Source: Sphagnum compactum
Lineage: Eukaryota
Assembly: GCA_965153455.1 (NCBI GenBank)
Contig: OZ234493.1
Coordinates: forward strand, 25,410,213-25,474,212
Length of the DNA: 64,000 nt
Direction of reading: 5' to 3'
In this document: piece by piece, positions 52,401 through 62,704 of the stretch
Numbering within the stretch: the stretch's first letter is position 1
How the letters are laid out: the number at the start of each line of letters is the position of its first letter
Made by a program: the position numbers and the translations under genes
Notes under the pieces: model-generated
The model's database searches: none
Seen by the model: the letters and a program-made list of their open reading frames with translations, nothing else
What the model was told of the DNA's origin: nothing

Positions 52401-53037
52401 GCAGCTGCCCATTTATCCAGCATCTCCAACAACTGTGTAGCAAGGCATGCATCACTCCGAAACCTCAGACAGAGTCCTCCATTGTATTGTCGCAAACATG
52501 GTCTTGCCTTAGGTGCTCCAAGCCCAACCTCAAACTCTCTCGGTCTTCATTTGAAGCTCTCTCCAATTTGAAGAGATCAAATGCATTCAGCTTGCCGTTG
52601 CATCCTTCTGGCTCAAACATCACAGTCTGTCTACCAGCAGAACTCACCTTCCGAGGATTGATGCTACAGAGTATCAAAGTGCACCATTCTATTTCGTAAA
52701 GGATTTTAGCAAAGTCCTCGATGTTGGTGCCAGCACGTTGTTTGATGGCTCTTAGCAACCACTTTTCAGCACAACAGTCCTTGATCAGTGACAAAGCATC
52801 TGTCACAACTCGATACAGTTCTTTGAGCGTTGCCTCATATGGTTCAAAGGCCACAGCAGAATCGGCGCAAGTTGACTCCACAGAGTTCAAAATTTCTTGA
52901 GTCTGGGCTGAGAGCTTTTCCACAATACATTTACATTGGAGTTTATTGAGCTTCAATCGCTGTTCATTTTCTCCTGATGTAAGGCCTTCAGCTTTATCTA
53001 CTGCTGCTTTGACCAACAGCAGGAAATTGGTGGCCAT
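49430..53037 (-). pseudogene. MLKL-like four-helix bundle (DUF1221-like) + protein kinase + jacalin lectin fusion gene, disrupted in this copy
   Basis: Exons 53037-51470, 50822-50764, 50592-50389 and 49747-49430, all GT-AG and phase-consistent. N-terminus LNKLQCKCIVEKL..LKELYRVV..IKDCC..KWLLRAI. Kinase AKK, HRDLKSLN, DFG, GTRLWMAPE. Jacalin GPWG..YLERIEGSYG..ISSLTFKSNKEIYGPYG..IVGILGRAGTCLDHIGVF. Frameshifts at ~52485 and ~52328; TAG at 52278-52280. Confidence 0.88.
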
Positions 53038-53462
53038 CTATAGTTAACCCTGCACAAAAACCAGATTTTTAGTAAGAACCGATCAGCACGAGTGAATTTG
53101 GTCTTGGTGTCGCCATAATTCTTCCATCATAATAGTTGGCTGAGGCTATAAGCTTCAGTAGGAAAGTTACGAGCTTCGTTTATCATTCCCTCTTGGCCCA
53201 TCAGTTGTGAGGGGATGAGAAAACTATGCTTACGGAGGAGCTCCAGCAGCCGGTGGAGAGACAGAAGGTGCAGGAGCAGGTGCTCTCTAAAGGATTTAGT
53301 GATAAAAGTACAACAGAAGAATGTTACACCATGCGGATCCTACATCTGAGAAATTCACAACAGAAAGATATGTGCTCCTTGTCTGCTTATGTATACTGCA
53401 CAACTGCCACACTCCCCCACATTGCTTTACCATTAACAACATTTTTAGAATAATAATGTCAT

Positions 53463-53756
53463 TATCATGAGGGCTTCTTCTGATGCTTCTTCTGCAACAC
53501 AAGGGAGCTTTATGCTGATGATGAGTGAGGCTTCTTCTTATGCTTCTTCTGCAACACAGAGAGCTTCATGATGATGATGATGATGATGATGAGGGCTTCT
53601 TCTGATGCTTCTTATGCAACACAAGGGGCGTCTTGAGACTGATGCTTCTTCTGTAACATAGGGGAGCTTCATGCACATGCATGTCTATGTGAGTTTTAAA
53701 TCCATGATTGCATCTGTGTTTATATGGTTTCTCATTTGCTTCTTTTGTTTGCATTT
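53463..53756. repeat. Left arm of a ~290 bp inverted repeat (minisatellite with (GAT)n)
   Basis: Reverse complement of 54782-55072. Confidence 0.92.
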
Positions 53757-53786
53757 GTATGACCATCTGTGTCTGCATTGTGCAAG

Positions 53787-53787
<1 letters not shown>

Positions 53788-53820
<33 letters not shown>
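53788..53820. repeat. (TG)n microsatellite
   Basis: Perfect tg run. Confidence 0.95.
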
Positions 53821-53822
<2 letters not shown>

Positions 53823-54781
53823 CAGTGCATGTATTTTGCATTCCTTCTGTTCAAGCTTTCTTCCTGTAGGCATGTGCAATGCAATTGCATTTCAATCAAC
53901 AAGCTGCATCTGGATCTGTATCAAAATTACTGTTCAAGTTAACCACTTTGGTAGTGATGGCAACAATCTTGTTAGTTTTTGAACATAGTAACGAGATCCA
54001 GAGGTTCTCAACAATCTTAGATCAGTTGTGGTGTCATCCTTGCTGCTACTGCTGTGTACATAAGCTTCAGGTGTCTACCCCTTTGAAATTATGTGAGCGC
54101 TTTGAATTTGCAGACAAAGTTTTAGGAGCATTGCTGCTCTACTACCTGTACAAACACACTCATCACCAGAATGAAGACATGGATCACAAAAGGCATTCTC
54201 TTCCCAATGCAACAGCTGCTCCAAATTTTTTTGTAAGAACAAGAGACTCTTTTCTCTCTCTCTCTCTCCGTGTTTGACACTAACATTTGAATACTAATGC
54301 CAATGAATTTCTCATGATGCCTTACACCCTATTGATGATGATGATACTTGAATACTTCCTGTGATCTCAAAACAATATACAAAGGAAAGCTGTTGCAGAC
54401 TCCAGAGCATTGGAGAAGTTTGTTCCTTTTGTTCTAGGTAAGTATGTACTACCGCAATCAGCCATGTTGCTTGCAGCTTTCTTTCCAATTTTTAATTGCT
54501 TTGCTTCAAGCTCTCACATACATCAGTTTATGAATGTGGTAACTGAAGCTTCATAATTCAGTAGAGCAAAACTCCTGACATTGTACAAACTTTCTTCTTT
54601 AGACATGTATTTGACAGCAGTGGCAAAAGCTTCATCTTTCTGGGAAAGACAAATGGAATGATGGGTTTTGATTCACACCCAATCTTGCACGCACACACGC
54701 ACAATGCATACCACAGTGCTGTCAGAGAATACTTGGAAAACAAGCCATAAACAAAAAAAAACGAAAAAACTATAAAAAAGG

Positions 54782-55205
54782 AATGGAAACAAATGAAAGC
54801 AAATGAGAAACCATATAAACACAGATGCAATCATGGATATAAAACTCACAGAAACATGTATGTGCATGAAGCTCCCCTATGTTATAGAAGAAGCATCAGC
54901 CTCAAGAGGCCCCCTGTGTTGCATAAGAAGCATCAGAAGAAGCCCTCATCATCATCATCATCATCATGAAGCTCTCTGTGTTGCAGAAGAAGCATAAGAA
55001 GAAGCCTCACTCATCATCAGCATAAAGCTCCCCTGTGTTGCAGAAGAAGCATCAGAAGAAGCCCTCATGATGATGATGATGATGAAGCTCCACTGTGTTG
55101 CAGAAGAAGCATCATCATCTGCATCCTTCTGCATCATCATCATCATCATCATCATTATGAAGCTCTTGGTTGCAGAAGAAGCATGATCATCATCACCATC
55201 ATGAT
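54782..55205. repeat. Right arm of the inverted repeat plus extra ~58 bp minisatellite units
   Basis: Unit gaagctc.c.tgtgttgcagaagaagcatcagaagaagccctcatcatcat, about six copies. Confidence 0.9.
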
Positions 55206-55939
55206 GCGAGGATGCAGTTTCTGCCAACAGGAACATGACACGCTCTATGTACTTGTCCCAACATCCCGTAGCCGGCCACAGCAGCGGCATCAGCAGCGGC
55301 ATCAGGAGCAGGAGGAGGAGGAGGAGGAGGCGGAGGAGGAGGAAGAAGAAGAAAGGCGGTGATGACGGACAAAGACGAAAATTGGTGACTGATTTCCTCG
55401 CAATGCGCATCTTCTTGCTGCCTGCCATCATCGATAACCACCATCTCCAACATAACCTCCTATGTTCCTCCTCGATCACCATCCCCAACCGATCTTCCAT
55501 CACAGCGTCATCCAGCAGCATCATCACAACCACCTGCAAAACAACAACAACAACAACAATCTAGACTGCTGCTGTTCCTCATCTTCTTCTTCTGTGTCGC
55601 TACCAAAACACTGCAATCCGCCATCCTCCTGCTCCTTTTCCTACTACTACAGCTTCTGCTGCTGCTGGTTCTGCTTCTGCCGCCTCTGACGCTGATGGAA
55701 GGCGTTGTGAACATTGTACCAAAAAGTCTTCGTCTTTCTCCTTTTTCCCCTCTGCTTCTGCCATGCCCAAGTCAATCGTCAGGCTATCTCTAGATCCATA
55801 TCTCACCAGCTTCACAAATTTCACTCCTTGCATTCACTGACTGCTGTTACAATGCTGCATCTATTGAAATCAAAAGAGAAAAAAGTCTATAATTCTGAGA
55901 CTTTGAGAGATCTACTTGGCTTAGTACCGAATTAGCCGA

Positions 55940-56642
55940 AGAGAAGAAGGATTGGAACCTTGCCTGAGCTTGGAACAGTACCAGCAGCAGCAACTTCTGA
56001 GGGTCCGAAATCTCAGGCTGAGGAAGAACATCGACGTAATAAGCAGATTTCCTCGGCAATCAAGCTCCCGGCTGCAAATATATCTGAGCTCAAGGGCGAA
56101 GCTACTACAGATTTATCTGCAGTACGATATACGTCTCCAGCATTGTCTACTGGTTCTCCTCTCGCAGTCGAAGGAGAAGAAAAAGGCCCATGCTGCGAGC
56201 TCGCAGCCAAGGACTTCCTCCTTGATGATCCATCGCTCAAATGGTCGATAGCAGAGGTTGCCGGGATATCACCGAGATCTTTGGGAATCGGGGGAAGGAG
56301 ACTCGACCGATGACGCTTGATAGAGAGACGAAGACGCTTAGGAGGAGGAGCAGCAGCCTCAACCTCCCTCATCCTCAACCACTCTCTTGAGCATGCCAAG
56401 GTTTTCTTCTCACAGAAAGAAGAGGCGCAAGAGCGGGTAAAGCAACAGGGCAGAACCACACGTTCTGAATGTGGACACAGTAGCCCCAGCTATTTGTCTC
56501 TTTGGAGGCAAGCGATAACCTTAGCGAGTCCACTTAGCGGGCACCGGTGGCCGTCATGGGGACGGATGAGGGGACGGATGACGACGGAGGACGGGACGAA
56601 TGGATGGAAAGGACGACCACCCAAGGATATCATATAAGTAGA
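55940..56642 (-). mobile_element. Putative Helitron 5' terminal region (left extent unknown)
   Basis: The minus strand reads ..CACTA|TCTACTTATATGATATCC.. where the paralogous empty site (49422-49430) reads CACTA|TAAC, i.e. a 5'-TC terminus at an A^T target. A GC-rich region and a stop-interrupted ORF (MREVEAAAPPPKRLRL..) follow. No 3' CTRR end identified. Confidence 0.5.
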
Positions 56643-57760
56643 TAGTGAACCATGGATGGATCATGGCTCCAGCACCCACTTGCAATTCATGTTAGAGCTT
56701 TTTAAGACTTGCCACTGCTATAGAAAAGATTCCAAGAACATTAGAGTTAGACACATCAGACCCTTTGTTTTGGCCCTGGTTTTACCCTGTACTGTCTGTT
56801 TCTTCCCCAATTTGAGTGTAGCCCGGAAGTGAGCAAACTGGGTATCAGTTCACAAGATTTGCAGGGTTTTATTCTGACAGTTAATGAAGAATATGAGCAG
56901 CCAAGAAGGCACAGGTGAAGGAAATCCAAAACTGAGGGCTGTGAGGACCGATTCCGTTGGGGAAACCATTTCAGTCTCTCCGCCCTCCCCCCTTTCTTCC
57001 CCCCCTTTGTACTGTTTTCATCCTATCTTCGGTTTTCAGCTGCAGTTTTGGAAAAACTGCAGCCCGGTTCTTGAAATTTCTTCTTTTCAAAATCTGATAC
57101 CCTGATTGGTTTTCAGATACAAGTACCATCACTTTTCAAGTAAGTCCGTTCTAACCTAAATGAGGTTTGAACCAAGATCTTTTCAAAGTAGACTTTAAAT
57201 ATATAAAAGTCACACTTAATCGTGGGAAATAAAGTGCATGACTGTCAATGGCCACTATTTCAAACCATTAGCACAATCAATACCTCACAGATTTAAAGTT
57301 AAGACCATTGACATGTCTCAATACCTCACAAATTGCCAAATTATGCAAAATGCTTCAAAACAGTCAAAATACACAAGTCTGCTGAACGGTGAAGTTACTT
57401 GCAATATGACCCTGAATGATGGGTTACTCTATTGAAGTGATCACCTTGCAAATTTGTACAGGTTCAAACTTCCCGGTTGGGTAGTAGATCAATCTGTGTG
57501 CAATGACTGACGGTCACATGGTGGCAATACGAAATTTCATTTTTGTCTCGCTCCAAAGTCTTCCAGTCCAACTTGATTTTCAATAAATTCTAACTATCAT
57601 GCTCTCATGACTCGTAACAGGCAACATGCATCAGGTATTAAGAACTGGCAGTACATGTGGATGCCTGGACAACGCATCTTTTGATTTGATCACCGCACAA
57701 TGCTCCATGGAACTTACAAACTGTCACAAAGACTTCTAGGACTGTGACTTAGCATAGGCA
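56642..57760. repeat. Right arm of the ~1.13 kb inverted repeat
   Basis: Reverse complement of 48298-49427. Confidence 0.95.
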
Positions 57761-58196
57761 TTCAGTTTGTATTCACAGGGACAAAGCTAGTGAGCTCCAC
57801 CAGTTTGGGATCCAGTCCTCTGAGAAATACTTCAGAGCAAAACCCTGAAGCTACTTGTGCAAAATGTGCTTCTTTGAAATTTTTTGTCTTTTGTCCTGCA
57901 TCCCACCAGCAAAAGCCAGGGGTTAGTCTCTTGTCAACAACTGTCCTCTATACCTGAGGTGCAGTGAAGCATTGGACTACAACCTATGGTTTTGATCACA
58001 CATCTTTGCCACCACGCAAGCACTCACGATAAGACCTGACCAAGCCATAACAACTGAGTCACATGGAGGTCCCATTGTGTTTCTAGGCATCTCTGCAAGA
58101 GAGGACCACATGCTACACAAAGATGTTACAATCCTGGAAAGCCACCACAACTAGGATAAGCTGAGACTTGAAGCTAATCAAAGTCGCGAACAATAC

Positions 58197-58497
58197 CTTA
58201 TGTTTGTCAAGTGCCTCTGTATCAGTCCAATCTTTCCATGTACTCTTGCACATCTTGATTGCCCTGTTCCCAACATACTTTCCTACAGACAACACTCTAT
58301 TCAGGATTTTATGATTCAAAAATATCCAGAGAACCTCTCATGGTGCAATTTTAGACATTCAGATTCTACTCTGATTCAAGTAACTGACATGCATTCAGAC
58401 AGAGCAGTGCTCACCATTCATCTCCTTCAAAGCTAAAGCCAGATCAGATGGATTTGCAAAGTTTACAAAGCCATTGCTTGGTCAATTCATGTCCAAC
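58197..58497 (-). pseudogene. RBM42: Two-exon fragment of an RBM42-like RRM protein (end of the RRM and C-terminal tail)
   Basis: ~58497-58415 GFVNFANPSDLALALKEMN, then an intron, then 58282-58197 GKYVGNRAIKMCKSTWKDWTDTEALDKHK. This matches the recalled RBM42 motif GFVSF..ALKEMNGKYVGNRPIKLRKS.WK. The 5' part is absent or frameshifted. Confidence 0.8.
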
Positions 58498-59610
58498 CCT
58501 TGTGTTCTAGATGTTACCACTAGGAAGGGCACTCTAGCTCTTTGATGCGTTACCCTAGGATTAATTTCTGATTCGGGGACTTTGAGAACACCTACTTAAA
58601 TTTGTTTAATGTGCAGGTTCTTAGCTAGCAAATTTGGAAGCTAGCCATAAGTAAAGGCCAACCTTCACTAGATCCAGATGACAATGCATATGATTGGAAT
58701 TTAGCATATGGGATTAGGTGTAAGGTTTGCAACACCAAACATCTAGTTGCATCATCCAGTATACCTAGTTGTGGGAAATGCAAATATACATCAGTCATAC
58801 CCCAGTGGTCAGTAGGCATGGCATAGTAGTTAGTCAGCAGTAGCTTTGAGAAAATATGTTAGTTCTTATTAGTTACTATCTCATTATAACAAGTTATATA
58901 TTAGTTGTTGTCCAGTTGATGCTGACTATTCGAAACAACTGCAATTGAATTTTGTTGCACCCAAGGATCATTGGAACTAGTTGGTATATCCTACTTAATC
59001 TGCAACTCGTAATTCTATAGTAGTACAAGAAGAATACATGGCAACTGCCCATCAAAGTTACATGAGTTGTCATATACTTGCATCACATTGTTCAACCAAT
59101 TACCATCCATATGCAATGGACCATGTATAACCAAAAACCTAGTTGCAAATAAGGGCCTCCATCATTGGGACATATATACTTGTATATAAATATTACAATC
59201 AAATAACCAAGTTGCCATGTAGTGGCATACTTTCCTCTCTATGTGTTCCTATTAAGTTGTATTATAGTTTCCAATTACACCAAGCAATTGGACACCTAGT
59301 TGCAAGTTGGTATTCGCTTCACTAGTAGAATTATTGTCATTTCCAACCATTCCCTATGCGATTATGTGCAATTAAATGTTGCTTATGACTACGAATGGTC
59401 GCTTATGCAACTATTTAAAAATTTGGATGGATTTGGTCTTCCTTTCAACTAATTGCAACTTTGACATATTTCATCTTTCTAATAGGTTGATTTTCATGAT
59501 GTTTTTGTATTTTTTACAACATCTTATATCCATTTAGTTCCACATGCAACCAAAATAGTCACATTATATTTGCATAAGGTATGTATGGTACCTACTAGCT
59601 ACACGTATAA

Positions 59611-60240
59611 TGATGCACCTTCACATTCTTTGAAAGATTCAAATGCGAGTTCAAAAGTCAAAACAAAAAAAGAAAAAGAAGTTGGGGTACGTTCCCTAGT
59701 TCGTAGCATTTCGAGGGTAGAAAGGTGTGCTAAAGCTACAGGATTGTGACTAAGGCGAATGAAAAGCGGGTCAATTATTCACACAAACCTACACAAATTA
59801 AACAACAAGTTGGATAATGTGTGGTTGGAACATTTTTGATGCACGGACGGGCCACGAGCATACACACTCATAAGATTCACCACGGTCCGAACTTGGGGGA
59901 AGCCACCATCTTCCCCCTTATAGTATTTATTGTGCCTAGCCACGAAGCCTGCACTCAAATGCTATTTTGTCCCAGGACTTTGGAGGCTTGAAATTGGGAC
60001 TCCCGTGATTTTGGAGGCCCATAACGTTTTGTGCAGACCTTTGATTGAGGTGATGTCTAAAGCAAAGTTATAGCCCTCATCGAGAGATTTCCAACAATAT
60101 ATGGCACACCACCTGCATATAAGTAAATCAAGGCGATTTTTGACTCTTAGTGGTCGGGAGTCAAATTGGCACTTTGACTCATGGCCTTTTTTTTCAGCCA
60201 TAACTTGTGTTTTAAGTACTCAAATGGAATGTGTGAGCAC
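59611..60240. mobile_element. Probable LTR-retrotransposon LTR fragment
   Basis: Starts with TG (tgatgcacc), is non-coding, and resembles from memory an abundant moss LTR sequence (cttgggggaagccacc..ttcccccttatagtat, gggagtcaaattggcactttgactc). No partner LTR or internal domain in the window. Confidence 0.5.
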
Positions 60241-62704
60241 ATAAACTCCACCCAAAAGGCTAAATTTAAAATAAAATAGGATTTTGTTGTAAAAGTTTTT
60301 GACCTAAATCTACCTACCTACCTAGGCTAGACCTTTGGATAGGTGGCCTAAGCTTAACCTAGGTGGCACATGGTGTATTGTAAATGGTTTAGCCCAAAAT
60401 TTCGCTAAGTACCTTAGGCACTTAATTAGGCTACGTGGCCTAACGTAAGCTTAGCCTAAGTGCACGTGGCCTATCATAAGTGGTCCAACCTTAAACTAAC
60501 GCTAAATGATTGTAAAATAATTTTAAATTACCATGTGGTACAATCTTAAGCTACCACATGGCACAATCGAGTTGTTTTAATTAGATGGTTGAAAAAATAT
60601 ATAAAACATTTGGCAATATATTTCGAAAAATCCAAATGAACACATATTTAATTAATTTAGGATTTTACCCAACCAGGTGGATGGTATGAAATCTAGTGGC
60701 CACCAAATTTAAGAAATGTAACCTTACATTCAAATAAAACAACATATTGCATCCATGTATGTATTGAATCTCAAAGAATTCATACCAATTTTTTTTACAA
60801 CATTTTCAATTTATTTTTTTAATACATTAAGGGACATGAAACGAATAACAAATATAATATGTTAGTTTCAAAATGAATATATTAATATGAGGAAAAGAGT
60901 ATTTTGCTTGGTGACCACCAAGTGAAAATTACAAGTTATTCATTATCAAGGTTGGAAGTCAAATAGTGTTCCTATTCATGAGAAAAAATATATATTTATT
61001 AAATTAGAAAAAACTAGGCACAACATGTGCCAATTCATCAATAGCAATAATGTCTATGGATCCAAAGATGTTACTCATGTTATAATAAAATCAATTATTA
61101 TATTTGGTAGCTTTATGCCATGAAAGAAAAAAGTAGACATCTTGTGGCAACCAAGGATTAGGGTTAAGGTCCCCCAAAAAAATCGACAGCTAGTATCTAA
61201 GAATATACACACACAAATTTCTGCAATAAACAAATTCTTTAATACCATGTTAATGCCACACATAATTTTTAATGATCAAAATATTGCTTAAAAATATGCC
61301 ACATCCAATGCAAAAGAACCCCAAAAATTAAAAAAACTCATGATAAATTTGGAGTCAATGCAATGGAATGAAAAAAATAGACGCCTAATGACCAGTAGGG
61401 ATTAAGGTTCAAGTGTAAAAACAAATATCACTGATCACGACTATGAAAAATATTGTACATGAAATTATCTTTGAGTTTCTTTGAGTTTCACACAAAGGCA
61501 ACCATGCCTATCTACCATGCCTATTTATGAATTCAAAAATGGTGTTCATACTCAAAGCATTTTTTAGTAGATTAAAATTTTATATACCATTTGTCCTTGT
61601 GACCATCAGGTGCAACAAAATAGATTATTTGTTTGAAAAAATAAGTAAATTAGAGTCTCAACATTGCCTTGTCCTAAACACTAGTACTATTGCTAGGAGT
61701 ACTGCCACTATTCCTACACTCTCCAACCCTAATAACTCCACTCACACTGCTATTTTCTCAATTGTTATGCTCCTCTTTCAAACCCTAATACTGTAGTGGC
61801 ATACCCTGTTCGCGACCCGAGGTCGCGAATAATTATTTTCGGTCGTTTTTTCCTTTCGCAGTGGACAAATTCCGATTTTCAAGATTTACGCACAGCCCTT
61901 GGTTAAGGGTTTTGAAAGTTTTCGCAGGGTTTGCCTGTAGGATCTTGGTTGTTGGTTGACAGGGCACTCAAGACATCTTAACCGTTCAATTTAAGATTCT
62001 GTCGCTAATTTTTTCTGTGATTCGTGCCACTGCCAAAGTCACTGGACCTTTGTTGGCACGAAGGAATGTTCTGTTGATTCAATTTGTGGGAGCTTGGGAC
62101 TGGGTACTGGGGTTGACTCATAATTTATTTATATTTCGCATTTTCGCACCGCAAGACGAATTTGTATTATTTTTTCACAGTGGCCTGAAAATAATTAATT
62201 TAGTGCGAACAGGGTATGCCACTACGGTAATTCCATTGACTAGCCAAAGCCAAGGTCTGGGGTCTTGGAAACTGGAGCTTTCTTCCTCTTCCAAAGCAGC
62301 CAACAGCACCTGCAACAGGCCAACAGCAGTCCCTGGAGGACATAGAGAAGGAAGAAACAAGAACCTCCCAAGGCTGGCTTGCTTGCTGGCTGCAGTGAAC
62401 TCAAGAGAGATTCACAAACCAACGCTCATGGGAGGAGGAGGAGGAGGCGTCAAGAGCGTGGCCACTGCGTTGTCTCGTCTCACGGCTCTCTTGTTGCAGA
62501 AGCGTAGCTGCGCTTCCTCTACCACCACCACCACCACCACCGGCGGCGGCGGCAGCAGGAGTACTAGTCCTGTTGCTCCTCCTCCCCTCATCGTCGTCTC
62601 AGAAGAAACCCATACATTCTACTACATAAACATACTACCCAATACATTCACAGGAGAAGAGCACACCAGGGAGCTAGCTCCATGGGAAAGCTCTCCTATG
62701 GCAG

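Noticed and set aside
54964-55833. Multiple ORFs with poly-M/L/R/T tracts
   Set aside because: Products of trinucleotide microsatellites; no coherent protein
49422-56647. CACTA...TAGTG ends suggesting a CACTA element carrying the kinase-jacalin gene
   Set aside because: The pentamers are simply the inner ends of the 1.1 kb inverted repeat; no inward TIR extension and no 3-bp TSD
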